Virus record (IMG/VR): IMGVR_UViG_3300044787_000016
Coordinates: 1-46,303 of that record
From: a virus
Lineage: Duplodnaviria > Caudoviricetes
Length of the DNA stretch: 46,303 nucleotides
Reading direction: 5' to 3' (one strand)
Position 1 is the stretch's first letter. The number at the start of each line of letters is the position of its first letter. The notes beneath the pieces are model-generated. The model was given only the letters and a program-made list of their open reading frames with translations, searched no databases and had not been told where the DNA came from. The position numbers and the translations under genes are program-made. Shown here in pieces: positions 24,048 to 33,681 of the stretch.

Positions 24048-25991
24048 ATGCTTGATTCCTCCCGGCCGGAACTTTCCCGGTCTGCTGGCCCGCCTAGCCC
24101 CCTTGAGTTGGTTATGTCGCGTTGGAACCACTCTAAGAACAACTATAACGCGCATTTTATCAGGACGGGTAGATGGTACGACCTTTTCAGGGGATGGTCC
24201 ACAGGGACCTTCCAGGCGTTTCGGAACAATGTGAGCCTGCCCCTTCTCTTCTCGACGGTTTGGACGGATGTGGCTCGGAAGATGAATATTTCCTTCGGGG
24301 TCTGGCCATACGTCTCGATGTTCGGGTACGGCCCAGAGGACGCCCAGGCCGCGAGGAAGAACGAACTCCTCGTAAGCGCTCAGATGCGAGACGCCGACCT
24401 AATTACTAAGGCGGCAGATATGTTCCTTCTCGGGGACCTATACGGGACTGCGATCTATCGGACAGGGTGGCTTCACAGTACAAAGCGCCTTCGTCGGAGA
24501 GAGGCAGAATACGCCCCTATGAGCGGAACCCGGGGGGAGCGTATCATCACCGAGAATCGGGTGGTGTTTGATGGGCCGCAATGGGATGTGATTGATATCC
24601 TTGATTTCTTCCCTCAGCCGGGCGTGCGAGAGATCAAGGACATGGATTGGGTCATCCATCGGTATTATCTGGACCTCGATAAGATCGACCAGATGTCGAA
24701 ACCAAAGGAGGAGGGTGGACCCGGTGAGTTCGATCGAACTGCCTTCCTTGAGCTTAAGAACAAGTCGCTCCTTCGAGAAGTTGAAAGGGAATTCAACACC
24801 CGGACGAACTTGATCCGGTCCCCCTTTGTGGAGACCGAGACTAAGAAGATGGAGCGCTATGCGAAGCCGGTGGAGATCTTGGAGATGTGGGGCACCGTCC
24901 CTTCCGAGATGGCTCCAGATGGCTTTATTACTGAGCGTCTTATCACCATCGCAAATCGGCAAGTGTGTCTCAGGAACACCCCGAATCCCTTCTGGCATGG
25001 GGAAAAGCCCTTCGGCGCATACTCCCCCCTCCGGGATCCGCACTTCTTCCATGGAATCGGGAAGGTTGAGTCGGTCGAGAAGCTTCAGTACACGATGAAT
25101 CGCATCGCGAACCAGAAGCTCGATGCCTTGGATATCTTCCTCGATCCAGTGTTTGCGTATAACCGCCAGGCAGGCGTCGATACGCGGAACTTGTATATGC
25201 GTTCGGGCAAGCTTGTGGGGGTTAATGGAAACCCTGCCGAATCTATCATGCCTATCATCCCGAATCTAAGTCAGATCCAAAATGCCTATCAAGAGGTCGA
25301 GTTCCTGCACCGGATGATGCAGCATGGGACGGGGATTAGTGACGGGCTCCAGACAGAGCAATCTTCCGGGGACACGACCGCAAGAGAATTCCTTGCGCGC
25401 CAGGAGAGCGTTTCGGTTCGCTTGCTTCTCGAAAGCAGATTCGCAGAAGAGATGTGGATCGAACCCCTGGCCGATGCTTTCGTCTCGCTGAATAAGCAAT
25501 TCCTTGAGACGCCGAAGGAGATTCGAATCCTGGGCACGAACGCCTTGATCGATCCAATCTCGGGGGTTCCACTCCAGCCTGAAGCAGTACCGATCAGTCT
25601 GGAAGATCTGAACCACAACTACGACGTGAGGGCTCGGGGTGCGACCCAAACCATTGGGAAGGCCGCACGCCAGCAGAACATGGTCCTCCTCTTGAATGCT
25701 GTCCAGGCAAATCCCTTCGCCATGCAGATGGTGAACTGGACCGCCTTCTTCCGCGATATGTTCGCGACCTTCGAAATGGGGAACATTGACGATCTCCTCC
25801 AGCCATCACCGCAGCAGCAGGCTGCAATGATGTCCCTCCAGGGAGGGATGCTTCCAGGCTCGCCAGCTCAAGGCGGCATGGGGATGCCTAACCCGGGGGT
25901 AGGTGGAGGGGCCGTGGACTTGATGTCGCTCCTCCCACAGGCGGGAGAGGCGCAAATCGGATCTATTGAGGGAAGCCTTTCAGGAAATTAA
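24048..25991 (+). CDS. Portal protein
   Basis: 647 aa between TerL and scaffold; YGTA, DFFPQP, EMWG, FHGIG, TTARE, Gln/Met-rich C-terminus. Confidence 0.85.
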   Translation: MLDSSRPELSRSAGPPSPLELVMSRWNHSKNNYNAHFIRTGRWYDLFRGWSTGTFQAFRNNVSLPLLFSTVWTDVARKMNISFGVWPYVSMFGYGPEDAQAARKNELLVSAQMRDADLITKAADMFLLGDLYGTAIYRTGWLHSTKRLRRREAEYAPMSGTRGERIITENRVVFDGPQWDVIDILDFFPQPGVREIKDMDWVIHRYYLDLDKIDQMSKPKEEGGPGEFDRTAFLELKNKSLLREVEREFNTRTNLIRSPFVETETKKMERYAKPVEILEMWGTVPSEMAPDGFITERLITIANRQVCLRNTPNPFWHGEKPFGAYSPLRDPHFFHGIGKVESVEKLQYTMNRIANQKLDALDIFLDPVFAYNRQAGVDTRNLYMRSGKLVGVNGNPAESIMPIIPNLSQIQNAYQEVEFLHRMMQHGTGISDGLQTEQSSGDTTAREFLARQESVSVRLLLESRFAEEMWIEPLADAFVSLNKQFLETPKEIRILGTNALIDPISGVPLQPEAVPISLEDLNHNYDVRARGATQTIGKAARQQNMVLLLNAVQANPFAMQMVNWTAFFRDMFATFEMGNIDDLLQPSPQQQAAMMSLQGGMLPGSPAQGGMGMPNPGVGGGAVDLMSLLPQAGEAQIGSIEGSLSGN

Positions 25992-26399
25992 ATGACACCC
26001 ACAATGACCCCTGAGGAACGGCAGCAGGCCCTTCAAGGCCTTCTTGCCTCGCGCGCGTGGTTGGAGATCATTGAGCCGATGCTTAAGGCCAAGATCTCCG
26101 TCGAACTCCAAGCCCTTGTCGATACAGGAGATGACGTGCATCGAGGGGCGTTTGAGTCCATAAAGTACGCCCTTGGGATGGCTAGCCCACCCCCGAGTTC
26201 GGCCCGTAGACGCGGAAGGATCAAAGCACTCCAGACTTTCTTGACGTGGCCCCGCCAAGAGGTTGAGCAATATACGCTTGACGTAGGGCGGAAGAAGGCC
26301 CATAATGAGGAACACGAACGTTTAGTTCATTATGCGACATGGGGAAGGTATTCCCCTGTCTCGCCCCCGGACTACCCGGGTTCTGAAGGAGATAGATAA
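25992..26399 (+). CDS. Hypothetical head-module protein
   Basis: Between portal and scaffold; LLASRAW motif. Confidence 0.65.
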   Translation: MTPTMTPEERQQALQGLLASRAWLEIIEPMLKAKISVELQALVDTGDDVHRGAFESIKYALGMASPPPSSARRRGRIKALQTFLTWPRQEVEQYTLDVGRKKAHNEEHERLVHYATWGRYSPVSPPDYPGSEGDR

Positions 26400-27151
26400 T
26401 GCCTGACGGGACTACCCCACAAGGCCCCCGCACTTACGCGGGAAAGTACCAGTCGCCCGAAGCCCTTGAATCTGGCTATAACGAACTCTTCCGCCTCTCG
26501 CAGAAGACTTCGGCCGAACGGAAGGCACTGGAGGAACGGAATCGGTTGCTTGAAACCATGCTTGCTTCGCGGACCCAACCGCAGCAAACGGAACCTGACG
26601 AGGATCCATACGCTGGTATGAGCGACGAAGACCTGAATAGACGAATCGATCAGCGCGCGGTAGAGAGAACGCAGCAGATCCTTGATCCCCTCCTAAAGGC
26701 AGCCGAAGCGGCGTCTTATTTTGGATCGGATCAGTCGGCTATCAGTCAGTTCCTCAGTGACACTCCCGAGATTCAGACCACCTTCCAGTCGATGGTGAGT
26801 GCAAACCCTGAAGGCGCTGCGCGATACGTCAAACTTGAGTATCAGCGGCACCTTGCCGAAAATAGAGAATCCGACGTCCAGAGTGCTTCGAGGGAAGCCA
26901 AAGAAGAGCGAGCGGCTGCACGCCAGAGCGCGGCTCTCCCGGCTAATCGAGGTGCCGGACGAGTGGAACCAAACCCCGCTGCTGACCATGATACGCGCCT
27001 TGATAAGGCGTGGGACAAGGCTAAGGAAACCGGCGATGCCACGACTTGGGTTAAGGAGCGTCTTCAGAATGGCGCGAAGATCCAGGCTTGGTGGCCGGAA
27101 GAGCCGCCTCCCGATGTGTATCTGAAGGCACAGCAAGAAGGTAGAATTTAA
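26399..27151 (+). CDS. Capsid scaffolding protein
   Basis: YAGKYQSPEALESGYNEL motif; helical and charged; precedes MCP. Confidence 0.8.
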   Translation: MPDGTTPQGPRTYAGKYQSPEALESGYNELFRLSQKTSAERKALEERNRLLETMLASRTQPQQTEPDEDPYAGMSDEDLNRRIDQRAVERTQQILDPLLKAAEAASYFGSDQSAISQFLSDTPEIQTTFQSMVSANPEGAARYVKLEYQRHLAENRESDVQSASREAKEERAAARQSAALPANRGAGRVEPNPAADHDTRLDKAWDKAKETGDATTWVKERLQNGAKIQAWWPEEPPPDVYLKAQQEGRI

Positions 27152-27153
27152 CA

Positions 27154-28125
27154 ATGGCTGCAAACGGTTATTCCGTTTATTTCGGCAGCGGCTTCGGGTC
27201 GGGTGGGCAGAACCGTGAGGATCTGCTTGACCTCATCGTCAACATCGACCCACACGAGAGCCCGCTGCTGACTAAGAGTCCTAAGACCGTGTCGCGTCAT
27301 ACGCTTCACGAGTGGCTGACTGATACGCTGGCTGCAACTTCGACCGCTGGCGCGGAGGAAGGCGGAACCTTTTCGTCTTCGACCGCCGTTTCGGCACGAG
27401 TTCGCCAGAACAACTGGACGCAGATTTTCCGCAAGGATATCGACGTCTCGAACACTATGCGTGCCGTTGACCCGGCTGGCGTGCAGGATGAGTACGCTTA
27501 CCAGGTCATGAAGGCCCTGAAGGAAATTGGCCGGAATATCGAGGCAACGTTCTTCGCTGTCTTGACTACGGCTACCGCTTCGGGTGCTGCGCGTGCGATG
27601 AAGACCCTTGAGAATCTCGTCACCACGAACCGTTTCTCCACGACCGCCGCGTCGATTGGTGGACCGGGCTCGGGTACGTCGTTCCCCATCTCCGAAGCCG
27701 TCTACAACGGTATGCTGGAGCAGATCTTCGCGACTGGTGGGAACCCGGACACGGTGTATGTGAACTCGAAGGGCAAGCGTCAGATTAGCCAGTTCATTGT
27801 GAACGCCTCGGTGGCGCGGAATATCGCGCTGGCCGACCGCCGGCTTATCAACTCGGTTGATATGTACGAGTCGGACTTCGGGATTCAGCAAATCGTGCTG
27901 AACCGCTGGGTGCCGCAGGCTGCTGACTCCGCCGCGACCACGACTGGTGGGAAGTGTTGGTTCATCGAGAGCCCAATGGTTCGCGTGGCCTTCCTCCGAC
28001 CAATCAAGCATGTGCCGTTGCCTCCGGGCGGCGACTCCGCGCGAGGTATGGTCCTCGGTGAACTGACCCTTGAGGTTGGTAACCAGGCGGCCTTGGGCGT
28101 GCTCGCTAACGTGCAGGCTGTCTAA
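27154..28125 (+). CDS. Major capsid protein (DUF5309/SU10-like)
   Basis: NREDL.D.I, HEW.TDTL, N.TQIFRK..VS.T, AG..DE.AYQ..K..KE..R..E, YESDFG, GELTLE. Confidence 0.92.
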   Translation: MAANGYSVYFGSGFGSGGQNREDLLDLIVNIDPHESPLLTKSPKTVSRHTLHEWLTDTLAATSTAGAEEGGTFSSSTAVSARVRQNNWTQIFRKDIDVSNTMRAVDPAGVQDEYAYQVMKALKEIGRNIEATFFAVLTTATASGAARAMKTLENLVTTNRFSTTAASIGGPGSGTSFPISEAVYNGMLEQIFATGGNPDTVYVNSKGKRQISQFIVNASVARNIALADRRLINSVDMYESDFGIQQIVLNRWVPQAADSAATTTGGKCWFIESPMVRVAFLRPIKHVPLPPGGDSARGMVLGELTLEVGNQAALGVLANVQAV

Positions 28126-28127
28126 TC

Positions 28128-28418
28128 ATGCCTAAGCGTAAGCCCTGGGAGCCGGTAGAAAAGGCTAACGACTCGGATCCGAATCCGATGCGACGTGAGG
28201 GTGGGCTGTCTTGGCAGCACCGCATTGCGCCGTATGATGAGATTCGGGCCGGGGGGATTACGCTGGACCCAATGGGGTATGTGGATCAGAATATCGGGGG
28301 GAGTTATGAGACTCCCTCCGATACTCCACAGGCTCCGGGGGAGCGGCGTGGTCTGTATCGTTACGAAAGTAAGCCATCCACTAGTGACCCAGCGCCGGGG
28401 AAGATCGGCGCGGAGTAA
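28128..28418 (+). CDS. Hypothetical protein
   Basis: ORF directly after MCP. Confidence 0.55.
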   Translation: MPKRKPWEPVEKANDSDPNPMRREGGLSWQHRIAPYDEIRAGGITLDPMGYVDQNIGGSYETPSDTPQAPGERRGLYRYESKPSTSDPAPGKIGAE

Positions 28419-28422
28419 TAAG

Positions 28423-28584
28423 ATGAGTCAAGGTCCAATGGCGAAGACGACTGCTGAAAGCGGTCCTCCGAGCGCTCCGAATGATGCGTTTAAGACCCTC
28501 CCTAACAAGGACTCTCGCGTGATCCGCAAGGGTCACGAGTCGGGTGACGGTAAGGTGCAGGGGTCGAGTTCGTCTAATGGCTAG
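28423..28584 (+). CDS. Small hypothetical protein
   Basis: GGAG SD before MSQGP. Confidence 0.45.
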   Translation: MSQGPMAKTTAESGPPSAPNDAFKTLPNKDSRVIRKGHESGDGKVQGSSSSNG

Positions 28585-28804
28585 GCGTTCGCCTAGTGTC
28601 CGTTCTCAAGCTCGCGCAAACTTCGAAAAAGAGGAAGATCTCGCAAGGGAAAAGAAGGGGCTGACCAATCAGCCCCTTATCCTTGGCGAGTATGACCGTA
28701 AGACGGGTAAGGGTCGGGATCGCTTGATCGAAGCCCGGTCGCGGGGTCCAGCCCTTCGAGGGGAGCGTAAGCGGAAGCCGAAGAAGTCGGACATGGGTTA
28801 TTAA
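28577..28804 (+). CDS. Small basic protein
   Basis: Arg/Lys-rich ORF MARRSP... Confidence 0.5.
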   Translation: MARRSPSVRSQARANFEKEEDLAREKKGLTNQPLILGEYDRKTGKGRDRLIEARSRGPALRGERKRKPKKSDMGY

Positions 28805-28812
28805 AGGTTTCC

Positions 28813-29145
28813 ATGCAAAGGTTAACTAAGGAACTCGTGGATGATGTCACCTCAGCCCAAACGTTGAGGGGCAAACTCCCGGGGATTGAGACATTCGTAG
28901 CGGCCGTAGCGGACGTTCGGGAGGCCATGGAAGAGGCCAGGATTATCTCGAACGTCCGCTCTATTCGTGGCCTAAACGACTCGAAGGTTTGGTTCCAAAG
29001 AGCCATGGTTCCCTTCGAGGTTGTGGCGTTTCTGGAGAACAATGTTTCTCACGACTTCTTCAGGGACCCTAAGTTCTATGAGCCCTGGTTTAACAAGCAC
29101 CCTGAGTATTGCACAGGGAAATATAAGGGAATGAAGATTGGATAA
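28813..29145 (+). CDS. Hypothetical virion-associated protein
   Basis: VP..V...W.N.HPEY pattern typical of small genes following the MCP. Confidence 0.6.
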   Translation: MQRLTKELVDDVTSAQTLRGKLPGIETFVAAVADVREAMEEARIISNVRSIRGLNDSKVWFQRAMVPFEVVAFLENNVSHDFFRDPKFYEPWFNKHPEYCTGKYKGMKIG

Positions 29146-30466
29146 TGAGGTTGCACTTAAGCCCCTTGGGACCTTCCCCAGGAAGTTAAATATCTATGTT
29201 CCTTGGGCTGGGAAGATGGGCTGGATCTATAAGTATCGGCTGGAGAATCCCTTCGACTTTGCTGATAAAGCAGGGCAAATCCAATACCTTGTAGATACTG
29301 GAGTTATCACCGGAGACGACTCAGGGGAAGCACGTCTCGCAGCGCTCGCCGAGAGCGACTGTCATATCTACCATCAGTATTACCATAAGCGCGTGCTTGA
29401 ACTCGCTATGATGGAGCCGCGCCCTGCAATTATTCTCTCCTCGGATGACCATCTTGAAATGGTCGAGCCATTCAACCCCTCCTTCTGCCATACTGGAACC
29501 CATAATCTAACGGGAAAGAAGCTTGAGCCGGGTGACCGGATCATGCGTATTGACGTTAAGGGAGAGCACGTTCCACTGTGGGAGGATGGAAAAGAATACA
29601 GGGAGATGGGGAAGACTGCGCTCTTTGACATCACACGAAACCTTGAGCAGGTCGAAATGCTTAAGGGAATCGCCCGGGAATGTGATGGAGTTGTGGTTTC
29701 AACCGAAGCGCTTGCTGAAGTCTATCGGGGATACGGGGCGAAGAACGTCTACGTCTACCCAAACTCCCTCAACTTCGAGATCTATCCCAAGGTCGAACTT
29801 GCCCAAAGTAAAGAGGTCAAGATCCTTTGGACGGGCGGTGCTTCACATTACATCGACTTGTATACCATCAAGGAGCCCCTCGGAAAGGTCCTAAGGAAGT
29901 ATCCTCACGCGAAGTTCCTATACTTTGGTCAGGAATACCCGATCTTCAAGAAGTGGTTCGGGGATTCGATTGAGTTCATCGATTGGGTGGATCCTGAGGC
30001 ATACACCTATCGCCTCTCCATGATCGGGCATGACATCAACCTATGTGCCCTCCGCCCAACACCCTTTGCGGAATGTAAGTCCGCTATCAAGTTTTATGAG
30101 TCCGCCGCGATCTGGAATCCTGCTGTAACCCTTGGAGCAGACTTCGGTCCCTACCAGGAGATCATCGACGGAGAAACCGGCTTCCGCTATACCTCTCCAA
30201 AGGAGTTCGAATGGAAGCTGTCTGAATTAATCGAGAATGCACCGCTTCGTAAGCAGTTGGCCCAGAATGCTCAGGATTGGGTTCATTCCTACCGCGATGT
30301 CCGCTTCACCACAGGGCCATATATCGATTGGCTAAGGAGCACAAGTGAGTCCGTCCGTGAATATTGTAGTAAGGCCCTGCAATCCCGAGAGCCTGGAGTG
30401 GGAGAAGCTAGTCCAGACGAGTCACCAAACGAGCCTGTTCGTAAGCTCATCGTGGCTGAACGCTGA
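29138..30466 (+). CDS. Glycosyltransferase (GT-B, family 4-like)
   Basis: YKYRL..P, SSDD, DGVVVSTEALA, VYPNS, ILWTGGASHYIDL, CKSAIKFYE, PYQEIIDGETG. Confidence 0.85.
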   Translation: MDNEVALKPLGTFPRKLNIYVPWAGKMGWIYKYRLENPFDFADKAGQIQYLVDTGVITGDDSGEARLAALAESDCHIYHQYYHKRVLELAMMEPRPAIILSSDDHLEMVEPFNPSFCHTGTHNLTGKKLEPGDRIMRIDVKGEHVPLWEDGKEYREMGKTALFDITRNLEQVEMLKGIARECDGVVVSTEALAEVYRGYGAKNVYVYPNSLNFEIYPKVELAQSKEVKILWTGGASHYIDLYTIKEPLGKVLRKYPHAKFLYFGQEYPIFKKWFGDSIEFIDWVDPEAYTYRLSMIGHDINLCALRPTPFAECKSAIKFYESAAIWNPAVTLGADFGPYQEIIDGETGFRYTSPKEFEWKLSELIENAPLRKQLAQNAQDWVHSYRDVRFTTGPYIDWLRSTSESVREYCSKALQSREPGVGEASPDESPNEPVRKLIVAER

Positions 30467-31076
30467 TCGTCCCGTCGTCATAGGAGCCTTTGAGAATGGG
30501 GAGCTGATCTCGGGGGTGGTAGCCAGAGAGTTCTCTGACACCCCCTGCGCCCCGTATCAAGGGTTGCTCCTTTCCGCCCGTTCGAAGCCTGTCCATACCC
30601 ACGCCCTCCTCGATTGGCTTGAGGGAATCGGCGGGATGCCGGTGGTTTGGAACGCTCCTTCCCTTATTGATATCCGGCCCTTCCTAGAACGCGCTGATAA
30701 AGGTGTCGTTTGGAAGGAGCACATCCGGTATACCTACTTCGTCAGCACGCCCTTCGTGGTACCTCACCCCGAGTTGGGCGCAGAAAAGACCAATGAACGA
30801 ATTCAACGGCTTGCCGGATCTTTGGCCCCCGGTAATGTATCTCGCGTACTCATGGCAGACTGTGTATCTCTGTATGAAGATGGGGATGCCTTGGTTGCTT
30901 GGGGAGTTGATGCACAGGGGCGAGGTTATCTCGTCGCGTTTGACGGGCCTTATGTACCACTTGCGAAACGCCTTATCAAGAGCGTAGAATCATGTGACTT
31001 GGGGGGCACTCCCTCATGGGCCAAGGAATTCGGCCCAAAGCTCAGGACGTCTTATGGCTGTGTTAGAGTGGTTTAA
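30345..31076 (+). CDS. GNAT/FemAB-like acyltransferase-like protein
   Basis: EWEKLVQTS.Q.SLF.SSSWL, PYQG, DIRPF, RYTY, DLGG. Confidence 0.6.
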   Translation: MSPSVNIVVRPCNPESLEWEKLVQTSHQTSLFVSSSWLNADRPVVIGAFENGELISGVVAREFSDTPCAPYQGLLLSARSKPVHTHALLDWLEGIGGMPVVWNAPSLIDIRPFLERADKGVVWKEHIRYTYFVSTPFVVPHPELGAEKTNERIQRLAGSLAPGNVSRVLMADCVSLYEDGDALVAWGVDAQGRGYLVAFDGPYVPLAKRLIKSVESCDLGGTPSWAKEFGPKLRTSYGCVRVV

Positions 31077-31771
31077 TGGCGATCCTTACGTTTGCTCAGG
31101 CTAAGGCGCAGGTAGCGCAAGCCATTGGAAATGCGACTGATGCTGATGCTTTGACCGAGGCGGGGGCTGAGATCCAGCGCGTCGTTGAGGAGCTTAACCT
31201 CAAGGACCTGGACTGGCTGACGGCTGAGCAGACCATCGCGCTTGTAGTTGGGACGGATGAATACAACCTGAATACAGACTTCAGGAAGATTTATTCTGTG
31301 CGTTTGGAGACGAATAAGCGCCCGCTTAAGTATATTGAACAGCGCGTATGGGATCGATCGATTTATGACCAGACTTCGAACCGGACGCCTTGGGGATATA
31401 ACATCTTCCCACGGTCTTCGAATACGGTCGCACAGATTAGGGTGCTTCCACCCCCTGCATCTGTCGAAAACATTCTAGTTAAGTATTACAAGCTCATGGC
31501 CACTCCCTCGGTGGATGGTACGGCTTTGGATATCGTAGAACGGTATCAAGCCTGGATCATTTATCAGGCGCGCGCGAACATTCTTGCGAACCATGGAGAG
31601 AATGACTCCCGCATCATGTATTGGCAGGGGAAGGCGGATAGGATGCTCGCCCTCATGCTTGATGAATCTCAAGTCCAGCCAGATAATGATGAAGGCTTTC
31701 GTCCTGGTTTCACTGGAGATCGCGTGTTCCCGGGCGATGTCCCTGACGCTTGGTATGGCTGGTACTATTAA
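31076..31771 (+). CDS. Head-tail adaptor / tail tubular protein A-like
   Basis: LVVGTDEYNL..DF, IRVLPPP, position before the nozzle gene. Confidence 0.7.
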   Translation: MAILTFAQAKAQVAQAIGNATDADALTEAGAEIQRVVEELNLKDLDWLTAEQTIALVVGTDEYNLNTDFRKIYSVRLETNKRPLKYIEQRVWDRSIYDQTSNRTPWGYNIFPRSSNTVAQIRVLPPPASVENILVKYYKLMATPSVDGTALDIVERYQAWIIYQARANILANHGENDSRIMYWQGKADRMLALMLDESQVQPDNDEGFRPGFTGDRVFPGDVPDAWYGWYY

Positions 31772-33681
31772 TGCTCCATACTGAGCCGCTTACTAACGGC
31801 CTCGTCACTGCCCGCGATCCTTCGCTCCTTGGTCCTGGGGAGCTTGTTCGTGCTGAGTCAGGGCTCTACCGTCCGTTTAACCATGCCCTCTCTCCGATCA
31901 AGGGACGGGCTGTGTTTGGAACGGCGATTGGGGTGAACATCGATGGCCTCAGGGCGATCCCCTTCGAGGCTGATGGAACGACCACGACGCGGCTTATTGT
32001 CGCGCATGGGACGTCTTGGCAAACGGGAACTGGCGGCGCATGGACTACGATTCGATCGGTGACCACAGGTCTTCGAATCGAGGCCATTGGGTTTGATAAT
32101 ACCTACTTCCTCTCCAATGGAGTTGATGTCCCTCAGGTTATCAATAGTTCTCTTACCCTGAACCGTCATGGAATGTTCCCTACGGACACGGATGAAATCA
32201 GTCCAGGGGGTGCCCTTACCACAGGAGGAGATTGGTCTGCGGTTGGAACGGGCTGGTATGAATATTGGTTTACCGAGTATGACTCCAACCTAGATATCGA
32301 GTCAGCTACATTAGGGGATGATATCCTCACTGATCGTCCGATTGGGAACGCACTTGAGAATGCGTGGCAGGTCAGCGTTACAATCGATTATGGTGGCGTA
32401 GCCTATCCCATCCTGCACAATTCTAACGCAACGCACTGGCGGCTTTATCGGGGGATTACCTCGATCGGGTCTGGATCCTCTATCGGAAGTTACGAGACCT
32501 CCTTTCCGAATGGGCTTCTGATTGAGCAAATTGCTATCCCAGGAGGAGCACCTGCCCCTGTTACTACGTTAGATCCAGGTACGGTAGGAACCACCCCATA
32601 CGCCTTTCTAACTATCTCGGTAGCTGGGGCTGCTGCGGTAAACATTGCTCGCGATCGGGAGCCTCCAACCTGGAGTACAGGGGACGTCTTCGAGGACTCC
32701 CTTGTGGTGAACGATACCGCTAATCCAGGGCTTGTGCGATATTCCTTTCCAGGCCTACCACACTCCTTCCCCGAGTTGTATTTCGTAGGTTTCAATACAA
32801 AGCAAGTAGATAAAGTAACTTGTATTAAATCCCTTGATGCAGTTTGTGTGGTGGGGCTTCAAAGCCAGGTGTGGCGCTTGAACTACCTCCCCAATGAGAC
32901 TGACTCCGAGTTTTCCCGAGGAAGGTGCCGCGAGATTATCTCTGCGAACCATGGGATCGTGGGACCAGATGCCGCGTGCTTGTTTACTCCAGTTGAAGGA
33001 AACTCTCGCGTAGCCTACGTCAGCCACGATGGACTTTACGCTACAGACGGGATTCGGACGCAACTCCTCACCATGGACCTTAATTGGGATGCCTTGGTGA
33101 ATAAGACGCTTCTGTCAAACTGTCTCCTTGTGAACGTCCAGCATCTCTGGAGCCTCTTCTTCTATTACACCTCTGCTGGAGGTAGTGCGCCGAACGATCG
33201 AGTGCTTCACCTAAGTTACCATCCACAGCACCTCAAGGATGGGGGATATCTTAAGGTTTCTGGCCCAACGTCCTTGGTCGGACGTGCAGCGGATTATGCG
33301 AATAACTCAAGCCGTGCCTTCTCTGCAACGAACTCGGTGCAAGAAGAAGACGTAACGGCTGGGGTAACGACCATGGTTGCGGAGACGCGCTTCATTTATC
33401 CCCAAGGGGCAGATCTCTCTACTGAGATTCATGCCCAGCGCGTGCGAATCTTAACTGGCCCATTCAACGGAGCGGGGACTTTTAACGCAGCCTTCACTCG
33501 GCGAAAGTCGAATGCTGCTAAGGCTACAGATACCGCTAAGGCATATGTTCCCCACGCCTCTGAGAACCAGCTTATTGAAATGGAACTTCACGCACGCGCA
33601 GAAGCGGTCGGGATGGTCCTTAACACTCAGGCAGATACGGCATACCTTGCCTTTGAGTATGATGTTTCTTCAGGAACCTAA
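31771..33681 (+). CDS. Tail nozzle / tubular protein B-like
   Basis: GL...DPSLL..GE, VRYS..G.P.SFP, HGIVG; beta-rich, ~636 aa. Confidence 0.7.
   Translation: MLHTEPLTNGLVTARDPSLLGPGELVRAESGLYRPFNHALSPIKGRAVFGTAIGVNIDGLRAIPFEADGTTTTRLIVAHGTSWQTGTGGAWTTIRSVTTGLRIEAIGFDNTYFLSNGVDVPQVINSSLTLNRHGMFPTDTDEISPGGALTTGGDWSAVGTGWYEYWFTEYDSNLDIESATLGDDILTDRPIGNALENAWQVSVTIDYGGVAYPILHNSNATHWRLYRGITSIGSGSSIGSYETSFPNGLLIEQIAIPGGAPAPVTTLDPGTVGTTPYAFLTISVAGAAAVNIARDREPPTWSTGDVFEDSLVVNDTANPGLVRYSFPGLPHSFPELYFVGFNTKQVDKVTCIKSLDAVCVVGLQSQVWRLNYLPNETDSEFSRGRCREIISANHGIVGPDAACLFTPVEGNSRVAYVSHDGLYATDGIRTQLLTMDLNWDALVNKTLLSNCLLVNVQHLWSLFFYYTSAGGSAPNDRVLHLSYHPQHLKDGGYLKVSGPTSLVGRAADYANNSSRAFSATNSVQEEDVTAGVTTMVAETRFIYPQGADLSTEIHAQRVRILTGPFNGAGTFNAAFTRRKSNAAKATDTAKAYVPHASENQLIEMELHARAEAVGMVLNTQADTAYLAFEYDVSSGT

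Noticed and set aside
27148-28011. Long antisense ORFs (e.g. 27148-28011, 35172-35906, 5819-6535, 12856-13482)
   Set aside because: These are shadow frames of well-supported genes on the opposite strand, with no motifs or start signals.
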